The position numbers were made by a program, and so were the translations under genes. A DNA stretch of 64,000 bases from Chrysomallon squamiferum. Its lineage: Eukaryota; Animalia; Mollusca. Below, in pieces: positions 50,600-64,000 of the stretch (position 1 is its first letter; the number at the start of each line of letters is the position of its first letter). Location: NCBI GenBank assembly GCA_012295275.1, contig CM022667.1:1240001-1304000 (forward strand), given 5' to 3'. A model generated the notes under the pieces. The model ran no database searches and was not told the origin of the DNA. It was given only the letters and a program-made list of their open reading frames with translations.

Positions 50600-51090
50600 T
50601 GTGTAAGAAAATGGCCTAAATGTTGGACTGTAGATTAAAATTTCATATGATATGATGTGTATAATAACTAAATGACCTAATTCCCACACTGTAGATTAAA
50701 ATAGTGTTTTGGTATGTTACTAAACGACCTATATGCTGCATTGTTGATTAAAACTGTAAATATTGTGTGTGAATTACCTAAATGTTCCACTTGTAGACTT
50801 GAAATAATAAAAATTGAATGCTTATGTCTGTCACTAAATGACCTAAATGCTTCACTGTAGATTAAAACACTATATACAATATGTAATTTCTATATCCAAA
50901 TGACCTAATTTCTGTACTGTAGATGAAAACCGTATTTTGATATATGATGTTTATAACTAAATTATCTGTATTCTGCTCTGTAGATCAGAATAAAACAATA
51001 AATATTATAAATTAAATTTATATTCTAAATGTGGCACCCATGGGTTAAATCAGTAAATATTTTGTAACTTAAGTTGACCTAAATAGTACA
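50600..51090. repeat. Degenerate ~55-65-bp minisatellite
   Basis: Recurring ACTAAATGACCTAA.T....ACTGTAGATTAAAA. Confidence 0.8.
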
Positions 51091-53192
51091 CCGAGGGGTA
51101 ACCAGGGATGTTGTTGCCATTGTAGAAAATCAATTGATTCAATATTGTGGAAGACATTTTAGCAAACAGTTTGACACAGGTTACCTGTCTTTTGTGTAGT
51201 GTGACCTTTATGTGGGACTCTATGGTTCACTCAACTTAAAAAAAAAAAAAAATGTATAAAAAAAAAAAAAAAAAAAAAGAGGTAGAGAGAGGAGAGACTA
51301 TAATGTTTGATTCGTTGTGACGTGTCAACAAATATTGGATTTGTTTAAACTGAGTGCAGTGGGTTGGTGTGTTTTGATTTCATTGAGGACCTGCGAGCAT
51401 CATGCACACAGTTCGTCGCTGATGAATTTCCCATCCGCATGTCTGTGAATCCGGTTAAAAGTTTCTGTAAATACTTGGTCTGGGTTGCCCTTTTTGTCAG
51501 ACAGAAAGAGATGGATAGGAAAGTGAGAGAAATAAAGGTCTGAATTTTTTTTTCAAAATTGTCGCCAGAATTGTTACACAAAAGCAAAATATCATAAACA
51601 GTAGTTTTGAAATATATAAATTTAGTCAAATTCTGAAATGCCTTTCTTGAAAATTTCACACACACACACATATGAAATTTTAAAATTTTTATATATATAC
51701 GTCTGTGTGTGTGTGTGAAATGTTCAAGAAAGAAATTTTATAATTTACATTTTTTTTATAAATTAAATTGGAAAATGATTTTTCTTCTCAAAGGAATATA
51801 TTCTCAAATGGAGATAATTAATTTTTGAATAGGTTATACATTTTATTCATTATGTTTTTAATTTAGAATTCTGTTGCAACAAAATATTAATAATTTAAAA
51901 AAAAATATTTTCAAATATGTATCTGTATTTTGAGTAGCAAAACTCCGGAAAAAAAAAAGAAAAAAGAAAAAAAAAAGAAATTATATACTTCAAAAACAAA
52001 CCCTTTTTCAGATGTTTGTATATTCAAAATAAATTAACTTGTTTCTACTTGTGAAAAAATAAGGAAAAGAAAACTTACATGTGGTGACAGAATTCAGACA
52101 AGATTGGTTTTTATTGTGACCATGATGGAACTAGTTACAGCATTATCTTGATAAGCTGTCTGTGTATCTCTGCAGATTTCAACCCACTCACTTTATCTGT
52201 CTCTTTTTTATACTGACTCTCTCTGTGTGTACGAGGAAGAGAGAGAGAGAGAAAGAAGGAAATGTGTGTCTGTATTTCAGTGTATGTGTGTTTATGTATG
52301 AGAGAAAGAAAGTGCATTTTTGTGTCTGTGAGTGTGTGTGTTTGTATACATACGTGTGTGTGTGTATGTGCATGTATGTATGTATGTGGGTGTATATAAA
52401 TAAATATATACGTATGTGTATATATATGTATATGAGAAAGAAAGAAAGAATGTGTTTTTATGTGTTTGTTTCTGTGTGTTTGTATTTATGTGTCTTGTGT
52501 ATGTATGATGGTGTGACTAAATGTGTACATGTGCATGTGTATGCATGTATGTGCATTCATGTTTGTGTCATGTGCTTGTGATGTATTACTTATGTATATA
52601 ATGTCTGTGTGTGTGTGCATATATGTTTTTGTATATATGTCTGTGTTCTATATATTTGCATCAGCTTTGCTCCATAATAAATTTTCCCTAGTTCTGTTTT
52701 ATAAGAGTTTTTTTCTTTTTTTTTTCTTTTTTTTTGTTAGTGTCACAGTTTCTCAACATGCTGTGTCACATTTTGCTATTTTGGCTGTTAGCCCACTGTT
52801 CTGTGACACTGTCACATGTCACACCATGTTGATGTAGAAACTTGCAGAAGACAGAAACACAGTGCTTGACCTTGCTGTCTCTTGCACTGTTTCTTGTTCA
52901 GATCTAGGGCATAGTTGATATACCATGAGGTGTTCTTCTTTGAGACCTATCAAAGAAAAACCATGTAATAAAAGAAGGAAAATGTCAGTGAAGTAATTTA
53001 TATGTTTAAGAAGTGTCAGCTGGAGATAAAATTTATAATTTAGCATATAAAAATATATATATATATATAGAGATATGCATGCTTTAAAAATATATATATA
53101 TATATATAGATATGCATGCTTTAAAAATACATATATATATATTTTAAAACTCATGTCTGTCTGTTCTTTCTTTCTACATGTCTGTCTGAGTG

Positions 53193-53223
<31 letters not shown>

Positions 53224-53338
53224 CTGTGTGAGTATGTAGTATATATGTATATTGGTGTATATATGTGGGTATGTATTATGTGTGTATATTTTGTGTGTCT
53301 AGTATATATGTATAGGAGTGTGTGTGTGTTTTTATCAA

Positions 53339-53384
<46 letters not shown>

Positions 53385-54294
53385 CATATGTTCAAATTTC
53401 CAATTTCTATTTTTCCATTTGTCTCTGAATATATATTTCTTTATTTCTTTATTTATTCATTTTTATTTTTTTTTTAAACTTTAATTATGTATTTTTAACA
53501 AAGACGTAAAAATACACATTTAATGTACCCGTATGCATCATGCAGTAAACCAGCAGCAAGCAAATTCTGCTTTTGTTATCAGTTTGATGAGGTGTGGCAG
53601 TTTTATTATTTGTTAGCCACTCACCAGTAAGTATACAAAAATAAATAAATGGGTAGGTAAACAAAGTCAGAGCAAATAACAAACACAACTATACAGTAAC
53701 AAACAGTCAACAAAACGTAAATGAAAAAAAAAGTCTTTCAGTTTCAGTTTTTATGAAGTAAACAATGACATTGAGGGTTTTTTTTTGTTACCTTGTTGTA
53801 TTTATCAGATAATGACAGTCATAATTATTAGGGTCCATCAGAATGGTAAGATGTTTGTTTTCATTGCAGAACTGGTAGAGAGTTTGACTTAAATTGTTTA
53901 TTTTATTTTTATTTTTTATTTTTTTAACTAACTACTGGTTGTAGTGTTTGTTTGTTTCTATTTATTTTGGTCAGACTAATGGAAGAAGTGTTTCCTAATG
54001 TATTTTTACATATAATGTATTCAGCATATGTGAGTTATTGTATATGTGCGTGCGGGTATGTGTGTTTATGGATGGATGGATGGATGTGTGTATGTATGTA
54101 TGTGTGTATATGTATGTACTGGTATATCTGTATGTGTGTGTGTATTACTCTATATGTGTATATGTGTGTGTATATATGTATGTCTTTTTGAGTGTATGTA
54201 TGTGTATATATATGTATGTATCTATATGTAATGTATATGTTTATGTGTGTGCATGTGTGTGTGTGTGTGTGTGTGTGTTTGTGTTTATCTTTAG

Positions 54295-54460
54295 ATAATG
54301 TGTTATGCTTTCCTATCTGCTAGAAAACTCTTTAAAAGATCCCTTGCTGTAGATTTAAAAATAACAACTTGTTGCAAGGCAGCATCAGAATTACTTTCTC
54401 ATTAGCAACATAACTCTCAATAATTCTCTAAAACCACAGATAAAAAAAAAAAAAAAAAAA
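54295..54460 (+). mobile_element. Decayed SINE-like relic with an A-rich end
   Basis: TATGCTTTCCTATCTG...TAAAAGATCCCTTGCTG core followed ~100 bp later by a poly-A run. Confidence 0.4.
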
Positions 54461-54829
54461 AAAATTAAATTCTCTTTTAACTGTCTCTTCCTTCATAGTC
54501 TTTTAACAATATTCAAGCCAGTGTTGGTTATAAAACTTACTACAAGTTAATTAAAATAGCATTACAAGTTGTTGGCCAGAAAGGGGCAAGCTGTTACCAC
54601 TCAGAAGGTCATTACTAATCACTATTAACAATAAAATACGTCACACACAGGAAGGTACATTCCTTAGTCTTTCACACAGAAATAGGAAGTAGCTCCTTTA
54701 GTCTTCCGATATTCCTTTATTCTGTACCACGAGCAACAGGCTTTCTTCACAAGTTCCTCGAGAATTTATTTTAATTGTTTCAAAAGGAATCGCTTGAATT
54801 AATTTTTGACTTTTTAATATTACATACTT

Positions 54830-55220
54830 ACGAAATTTAATTAGACAATTTTTATAACGAGATATTTAGTTTGACGGTTTTTAAAATGAGATAATTAAAT
54901 TAACATCTGCTTTTATTTATTTTTTTATATTTTTTTTATATATATATATAATGTAATTCTTGTGAAATTTAATTAATGATTTTTAAAATGAGATATTTAA
55001 TTTGATAGTTTTTAAAATTAGATATTTAATTTAATGGGTTGTTTTAAATGCGACACTAAAATTAAACGTTGACTTTTTTGAATAGCATTTCTTCTGAAAT
55101 TTTAATATTTGTTATTTTTAAAATGAGATACTTAAATTAATATCTTTTCTATTTCTTGATAATACAACACGTCTTCAGAAATTTAATTTAATGATTTTAA
55201 AATCAGATATTTAAATGAAC
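54830..55220. repeat. Degenerate AT-rich direct repeats
   Basis: Recurring TTTTAAAATGAGATATTTAA(A/T)T. Confidence 0.7.
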
Positions 55221-55265
55221 CTATTGTATTATGATAAATGCCCTGCCATGAGCTACACACCAAGG

Positions 55266-55301
<36 letters not shown>

Positions 55302-56339
55302 ATATTTAAATCAAAAATAATTTTAAATGAGTTATTTATTCCTGCCTTATTTAGAAAAAAGAAGAAAACAAGAATTTGTTTTTCTTAAATCTAAGTTACA
55401 CATATGATTAAAATCCAAAAAGATAAGGAAAAAAAAAAGCCCAGAAGCTGCAATACAGCACACACTTTCACTCAAAAACACATTTCATAATCTTGGGGCC
55501 TTGTCTGGAATGGGATTTAGCCCAGTAACTATGCAAAGAAGAACCAAATCACTATCTGTTAAACGCTGATTATAGTAACTGATGCTTTTCTAGCCAAAGT
55601 TATTGACATAAATGAGATTTTGTTTAAATATTGTTTCTAAAACTAATCTTATTGTATATATTATCTCTACATATTGACAGGGATATTTTATTATTTTATT
55701 GTAACAAATGTATCGAAGGTGACAACTCAGTATGAAATGTGTTGCATAGTCTGCATATGCATCTTTTACATAAGTAATACATCATCTCCTTGTGCAATTT
55801 GTAATATTTGACTAGGATGGTATTACATATATTAATTACATAAGTAATGCAAATAATGCCTTGTATGACGTAAACATTGTAAATGGTTTGAGTGTTTTAT
55901 ATATATATATATGTAATGGATGGATAGTCATAAAGTTATTTTATATAATATATTAATACTATTTTGTTAAAACAGTCATGTATTTCAGTTAAATAAAATA
56001 TACATCAAGCTATGTTTACAATAAATGAATGTAATTCTGTAAATATGTGTGGTAAAAGTTACTCTATTTACACAAGTAATATAAAATTTATAACACACTC
56101 TGTGTGTGAAATGTTATATATATTATTTAAATGGTGCTGTATTGTGTAAATTGTTTGGTTTTTTTGTGGGTTTTTTACTGTTGAGATCAGTAAAGTAGAT
56201 TCTGTTTTCTGTGAAAAATAATGAATGGTAAAATGTAAAATGGTATGTATGCTAAATGTTATTTTCTTTTCTTAAGTAATCTACAGAAAATGTTGAAATA
56301 ATGTAAAAAATATTTAGCACAATATAATTGATATAATTA

Positions 56340-56730
56340 ATAAGTAATACAGAAAAGGTATACTATTGTGTAAGATTTGTAACACTGTATGTGTAAAGGG
56401 TTACGTACACTATTTATATAAATAACATAGAAAAGATTGTTACATATACTATATACATAAATAACAGAAAATTTGTAACAAAGTATGAGTATGTGTGAAG
56501 TGTTACATACACTATTTACATAAATAACATTGAAGAGATTGTGTAAAATTTGTAACACTGTGTGTGAAGTATTACATACACTAGTTACATAAATAACACA
56601 GAAAAGATTGTGTAAAACGTGTAACACACTGTGTGTGACATATTACATACACTAGTTACATAAATAACACAGAAAAGATTGTGTAAAATGTGTAACACAC
56701 TGTGTGTGACATATTACATACACTATATAC
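56340..56730. repeat. ~65-70-bp minisatellite, about 6 units
   Basis: Recurring TGTAACACACTGTGTGTGA..TATTACATACACTAGTTACATAAATAACACAGAAAAGATTGTGTAAAA; the last units are nearly identical. Confidence 0.9.
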
Positions 56731-56932
56731 ACAAGTCTGACTACTGTCTAGTACTAACACAGTCTGCATGGTGTGATTACACTGCAGGTCAGATTCTGCT
56801 TGACAGTGCAGTAATGTATTATAACGATTCAGACATTTTTTTTTTTTTTTTTTTTTTTCACCTACAGGCTAAATTACATTCCAGGTCATTACCACGTATT
56901 TGCCACTTAACAAAGATCTTATGAATTTCTTT

Positions 56933-56972
<40 letters not shown>

Positions 56973-57712
56973 TATATTTTTTTATATATTTTTTTTATAT
57001 ATTTTTTTATTATAATTTTTTATTAATTTTTTTTTTTTTTTTTTTACTATTTTTTTTTTAAATGTCAATCATATACATGTATACACACACATACATATAT
57101 ACCCATACACATACACCAACTCACATAAAAACAGATACCCATATAAACAGCCATATACATGTACAAACAGACACACACAGACACACACACAGATACATAC
57201 ACAGATATTCACTTACACAGATATATTCCTAAAACACTGAAACCTCAACATATTTGAAATTGAATAAAAAAAAAAAAAAAAAAATAACTGCTGGGTGGAT
57301 CATTAACTTCATACAACACACTGAAAAATACACCAATAAATTCAGTTATTAATAGATGTTTTTAAATTATTATTATTATTTTTTTTTAAAATAATATTTA
57401 TGCTGAACAATTACTATCAACTATTAAGTCACAGGTCCTTGCCAAGTTCATGGGCCTGCTTCTTAATTGTTGGGGACTAAACTGTTGATTTAAAATATTT
57501 TAAACTGTCCTATTGACTGAAGGAATGTAAGCGGTAAAGAATGCTGGATAGTAGACAAAGAGGTTACGATGACCCAGGGTTTCTTTTCTTGGTGACACTT
57601 GTACTTTGAACTGTGTGGGGGCTGCACCGACTCAAGCATGCTCTCTCATGTGACCTCCGCAAGATAACCTAAACAGTCGAATCTGTGTAAATAAATATTC
57701 TCTGTGTGTACG

Positions 57713-57751
<39 letters not shown>

Positions 57752-57844
57752 TATTATGTTACGTGTGTGTGACATGTGTGTATTATTATATGTGTGTATT
57801 TTTGTGTGTATGTGTTTTTGTGTATATGTGTGTATTTTTGTGTA

Positions 57845-57901
<57 letters not shown>

Positions 57902-59246
57902 TTCCTTCGTATACTTATAGGTCAGACAAGGAGAACTATTCAGACCCTTCCTTTTACACTGAATTTCAAAAAAGTGATGTTACACATTGTCATTCTGTTT
58001 GTAATTTACTTCTTTACATTTTTTTTATATGTTGTTTCTATCTTGGATTTAAATTCTGAAACTAAGCTGAACCTATTTAAAATGTTCAGATCCATTGTTA
58101 ATTTGAGCAGTGTATTTTACTAAAGGCAAATTCAACATGTCTTATTAAAGACAAAGTCAGTGTCTCACTGAATGTAAGTTCATTGCATGTTTTACTAACG
58201 GCAAACTGAGTTGTCTCTCAAAGCTCTGTGTGTATGTGTGTGTGTGCGTGTGCGTGTTTTCATTGAGTAATGTCTTACTAATGACATACTCAGCAGTGAG
58301 TTTGAGACGACAGATTGATAAATGTGTCTCACCAACACATATTGAGTAATATTTCCTTGCTAATAAAAATAAACTGAGTAATAGATCATTTCACTAATAG
58401 CATAGTTATTAATATTTTATTTGATTAATCTGTAGCAAAGACAAGTAAACTTGCACTGAAGACAAGCGCCTGTCTCTGTAATGTAGGACAAGGAGGCAGT
58501 GGAATCTAATGAAGTTACTGATAAGATAATCAAGTTATTAAATGCTTAAAACACAACATTGTCTTACATGTCACTGTCACGTTTGCCCACATATAGAGTT
58601 ATTTTTCTCCGTGGGTAAGAATAATATACGACTGTAACCCATATAGCCTTGCTCTCTCTCTCTTTTTTTTTTTTTTTTCTTTCTCTCTGTCTGTCTGTCT
58701 TTCTCTCACTGTCGCTCTTCTCTATCTCTTTGTCTTTGTCTTTGTCTTTGACAGTCTGTCTTCTGCAGTCTTTTTCTTTTTTTTTTCTTTTTTTTTATTC
58801 TGTCTTCCTCTTTATGTTTTTCTGTCATTTGTCTGTCTGCATCACACGCTCTCTCTCTCTCACTTTTTTTTTTTCTTTCTTTCTTTCTTTTTTCTGATCA
58901 CATCATCACCATCATCATCATGTACAATGACAGTTTCTGTGTGTCTGTTCGGCTTTGAAGATCTCATTTGTCCTGAAGTGACCCACTGTGTGGTGGTATT
59001 TTTTCATGGCCAGGCTGGAGGCAACATTACTTCACTTGAGTACAAGCAGGCCAGGCTCGTGGCATAGGATTTTGTAGGTCACTACCTCCTCTTAGCCAGC
59101 ACAGCTTAGCCTACAGAGAAATGCAGCATTGACATATTTTCCCCTTCCATTGTTTTATTGCTTGGCACACTTCATGTCTTTATGATTACGTTTACTGCCA
59201 GACAAAGGTGTCATAGAAACAATAGTAGTGTGTGGAATTTCTACAA

Positions 59247-59289
<43 letters not shown>

Positions 59290-61039
59290 TATATATATAT
59301 ATATTGTAAGATCTTATTCCTTGTTATTTTAGTTCCTGTGTAATTGTTTTGCACTTCTCAAAATATTTCTTTTTCTGATATAGTGAAAGAAAGACAAGAA
59401 TTTCTGGCTAGAACGTTTCTCTTTTTTTTTTAACTGTGGCTTCATTGAAAAACATTTGAATTAAATTAATAAGAAAGAAAAATAAGAATAATAATAAGAA
59501 GAAGAAGAAGAAACAAATAAAGAAAACATAAAGATTGAAAATATTAAAAAAAAAAAAAATGTATAGAAAGAAAAAGAAAAAAAAAGAAGAATCAAATTAT
59601 GTAATTTCTAGACTAAAAATAACACATGAAAATATTGAATTTTAGCTGCCAGTTACATGTTTGAAACAGCTTATTACTTACAATCTGATACATAATTTAT
59701 AATGACACACTTTTCCACCTACGTTTGAATGAAGGAACTGATCTTCCTGATTTAAAATTTTAAACAAGTGCTTTACAGTAAAGACACAGCTACACTCTGC
59801 AAAGAAACAGGCTAAAAAAACAAAACAAAAATCATTAATTAAAGAATAAAAAACAAAATCTTTCAGGTGCTTTTCTAAATAAATAAATAAATAAATATAT
59901 GTCTTAAAAAAAAGAAATAGCAGCACTCCCAAACTCCCAAATAGATGATATGGAAATAAATAAATTAATTAATTAATTAATTAATTCAGATCCATCATAA
60001 AAATAAACTTCCAGGTACTTTTCTTCCATTCTTTCTTTCATTCTTTCTTTCTTTCTTTTTTTCTTTTAGTAATTGTTGTTAAACCTGTATTTGAAAAAAA
60101 CAAACATTTGTTGACATTGAATTAAAAACAGTAATATTGTTATTATATATTTACTTTATGTACATGTGAGTATATGTGGGGTAAACATACTAATAAAATT
60201 GTCCAAGTTAGAACAATTCAGAGCTATAAGATGGAATTTAAAATACAAGTTTCTCTCTATTATTTTGTGTATAGATTTTTATTTTTATTTTTTATGAATG
60301 TACAAATAAAATTGTCTACATTTGCAAAATTCAGAAATATAACACAGAATTTAATATTTCAGGTATATACTGTTGTATAACTTTTTTTTTTGGAATTTTA
60401 AATTTCAAAAACATACAAATAAAAGCGTGTCTAGATTTACACACACAGATGACTTGTTAATGGATGTTTTACAGAATATCTGTTTGCACTTCCTCAACTC
60501 TCCATCTCCTTCTGGGAACATTCAACTCGCATCACTTTCCGAGAACTTTTGATTACTTTCCTCCAGGAAAGGTTTTCGGGCGGAGTTGCTATTGGCGACA
60601 TGCATCTTGCATGAATCTGACCATTCATTACCAGACATGATCTGTCTCTGGAGAACTGTCCACTGGTAGTTGACCTGTGTGTGGCCTTTTTCTCTGATCT
60701 CATCAGATCCGCACTTTCCCCATTCACCGGCATTGATCAGTCCATTTCCATAAACACTTACATTAAGCCAGCCGCCATCAATTAGACATCACAATGGTGC
60801 ACAGCCTGTCAGACGCGTGGTCCTCGAAGAACTGTCATCGATTTCAAATACTGTCTTTCTCCCGTTCTGCCCCCACCAACGAGCGAGCTGATGAAGCTTG
60901 GTGGTAGAGAGCTAGTAGCCTGCCCTCTGGTGTGATTTGTATTGCAGAAAAATAACTTCAAGTGGTTGACATTTTTTTTTTTGGCTGTTTCCAGATCCAA
61001 CCAGTGCTCGAGGAACTGGTTTGTTGCTGTCCATTTGAT

Positions 61040-61260
61040 AGGTCAGAGAATCAGCCTTCACTGGTGGATCCTTTTTGGACTGTTTTTCAATTCCAACCAC
61101 TGATCACAAAATTGTGTGTTCTTTTCTGTGTACAAAAGAAAGATATCCCTTGATGTCATTCAGTACAGAATAGCCCAAGACATTAGGTTTCCTCTGTCAC
61201 TCATATGTTAACCATATATTACAAATATTTTGATTGTATCATTAAATAAAATGTTAATCC
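61040..61260 (+). mobile_element. Decayed SINE-like relic
   Basis: GGTGGATCC...TTCCAACCACTG...ATCCCTTGATG...TAGCCCA...GGTTTCCTCT...TTAACCATAT...TTAAATAAAA, collinear with the other relics. Confidence 0.45.
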
Positions 61261-61538
61261 ATTTTTTTAAATTATTTTGTGCATTGCAGATACTAACGAA
61301 TGAATCTGTTAAATTTATAACAAAAATAACTGCTGTTATTATACTTTTATTTCTTTTATTTTTTTAATACTATGTTGCTGTTTTTCTGTTTTTATCTGTT
61401 CTTTTTCACTTGACAAATTGTAGATCATGAATAAATATTTTGGGTAAATAAAATATCCAGAATAATCCCAAACACATTTTAGCAAACTGATACAGTGTTC
61501 AAATAATATAAATATGTATGTTTGTGTGTGTGCGTGCA

Positions 61539-61570
<32 letters not shown>

Positions 61571-64000
61571 GGTGGGTGGGGGTGGGGTGCATATATTAGC
61601 CACAATAATGATTTTCAGATTATTTTCTTCTGCCTAGCTGCCTGTGGACTGTTACATCAATGATTTACCTTGTGTCAGTCATGTTAGGATGATAAGTAGG
61701 CTATTATCTGCTGCTTTCCACTGGAAATAATCAACAGTAACAGACAGGTTATGGAATTGATCTGTCGTCTCGAAACCAGGTCTTTCACTCTCGCAGTGTT
61801 CTGAGCTGTTCCGTATATAGAGTGGTAAAAGTTGTATATGTAAAAGAATATAAGAAACACCATTATCATCATCAACTTCAGTGTCATTATCAGCATCAAC
61901 TTCAACATCATTATCATTATCATCATTGACTTCAACATCATTATTATCATCACCATTATTGCCATCACCAATATCATAAAACAAAATAAATAAATTTAAA
62001 AAAAAAATGAACATAAGGTGTAATTTTTGAGAAACAAAGTTTATAATATAATATAACCAGATAAGTGTATAAGGAAGAGCAAGATAGGGGAAGAGGGATA
62101 ATAAGAGAGAAAATGAGAAAAAAAAAAATAGGAGAGAGAGAATGCTACATGGCTTTAGGTTATTATTTGAGAAATGTAAATTTTATGTTTAGTTATTGTT
62201 TTCACAAGCTGATAGTTCACCTACATTGTATCACATTTCAATTCGGTATACACTGTTACGTTTTTTGATTGATTTTCAAAGCAAATTTGTTGTTCTTTCT
62301 GAGAACTCTACTGAACTGGAAAGTGAGCTTAGATCTGCAGTGTTACACTAAACATAATATCAAACCTGTTTATATATTTCCTTTTGTTTTATCACTTTTT
62401 TTTTGTTTTGTTATTTTATTGCATTATCAAGAATTTCCTGGGGATACGAATTCCATTTCAGTTGATTTCAAAACTATCAGAACACTGCATCAACTTGAAT
62501 TATTAACTGATCAAGCAAAAATTCATAAAATATAAATTTTACATACGTTTATTAGACTGTGAATTCATTTTTATTCTGTGACAGACCATAAATTTGACAA
62601 CACTGAATTATTTTGTTTATCTCAGGGATTTTATATTCGATGATTAGATATTGCAATGGAATTATATATTTTAAAATTAAGAAGTTTTCAGATCACGGAA
62701 GAAAACGAAAAATGATATAAGGAATGTATGGATGTTATATTAAACCTTTTCAGTGTCTTAGATACAAAGCATAGCGTAAGTGTATGGAAGTGTGTAATTA
62801 TAAATATTTGCATAATTAGGAAAGTAGGGAAATAATATTAAAATATGTCTGAGGTGAATATGTAACTCACACAAACATACATCAGCATGTTGCTGCACAA
62901 ATATTATAAACATATACATATACATACACACATATATACATACATACATACATACATACATTCATATATATGTGTGTGTTTAGACAGACACACACATACC
63001 CATAATACTTACATATACATATATTTATTTTCACAGATATCCATCTTTTCACTTTGAGAGGTATAAGTGTTTTCGAAAGATCAAAGTTTGAATTTTCAAA
63101 GCTCAACTCTATGTGTGTGTGTGTGTGTGTGTGTGTTAGTTATATGTCTGTCTACTTTGCACCTGTTTACTTACAAATATGTATACATATTTATTTACAG
63201 ACAGACATAGAAATAGATATATAGAAAAACACACATCTATATACTGTACAAAAAGAAAAGCATGCAGATATCAACTCAAGCACAAGAGAAACATCATAAA
63301 AAAAATTACAAGTTCGATGATTCTTTTTCACTTAAATGCACTTAACGGTAAGCCTATATATAAATTATAATGTTAGCCTGGGGTTACAATTTCTGTACAT
63401 TTCTTTTACGTAGGTAATCACACTAGAAACTGCTACATGCACATATTTATAAATTTCACTACTCTAATTTTGGTTTTCTATGTAATAATGTATTATTCAC
63501 CATTAACGTCACTGATGCAAAACCTGTTTCATTTACTCAAAATCTCCGTCAAACTGTGAATAAATTAATTTGATTTCGTTCGTTGTGGTTTGTGGAAGCA
63601 GTTTTCGTGTTTGTTAACGTAATATTGCGTAGTGGCGGCGGTGACGTAAACTGATATTGATTAATGCTGTCACCAGATTAGAGCGTCAGATTAAGTACAT
63701 ACATTACACAGTCTGCAGGCTTACAAGCCAAATCACAATTACTTTGTTTTGCACTTTATTTTCACTCTTCTTCCTCCTTTTTATATTTATTTTTTTATTT
63801 ATTTTTTTAAATGTTTTTTTATTTTTATTTTATTTATGGTAAAAAAAAAATGTATATGTCTGTCATTCGTTCTCACTGTCTGTCTTTTTATTTATTTTTT
63901 TAAATGTTTTTCTTTCTTTCTCTCTTTCTTTCTCTCTTTCTCCAAACTCTCCAAAATAAAAGAATGAATAAGAAAGAGAAACAAAATGAAAGAAAAATAA

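Noticed and set aside
50600-51090. Repeated TGACCTA nuclear-receptor half-sites
   Set aside because: Explained by tandem amplification of one unit; no independent evidence of function.
36691-58123. Numerous VCVC/HTHT ORFs
   Set aside because: Translations of (CA)n/(TG)n microsatellites.
61679-62014. Asp/Asn-rich 111-aa minus ORF
   Set aside because: Derived from a (CAT/TCA)n low-complexity tract; no supporting splice sites or homology recognised.

Overview
AT-rich, microsatellite-dense animal genomic DNA (invertebrate, mollusc-like by inference). The left 17 kb hold two complete minus-strand genes that I rebuilt exon by exon with consistent GT-AG phases. One is CYHR1/ZFTRAF1 (4 coding exons, 6428->2573, ~346 aa), with a 1-nt frameshift in a C-run of its last exon. 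The other is SSR1/TRAP-alpha (9 coding exons, 17135->10767, 307 aa). SSR1 intron 6 contains three diverged copies of a box H/ACA snoRNA whose two pockets match conserved 28S rRNA sites (SNORA9-like), plus a possible fourth, atypical H/ACA RNA. There is also a candidate stop-containing (poison) exon in CYHR1 intron 2, a candidate alternative acceptor that would change the SSR1 C-terminus, and a TTAA-flanked Kolobok-like MITE between the genes. A divergent plus-strand gene probably starts head-to-head with SSR1 (exon 18662-18828). The remaining ~45 kb look intronic or intergenic: minisatellites, simple repeats, SINE relics and a few CpG-richer islands, one carrying a possible minus-strand Gly-rich first exon. 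Most ORFs in the supplied track are simple-repeat artefacts.
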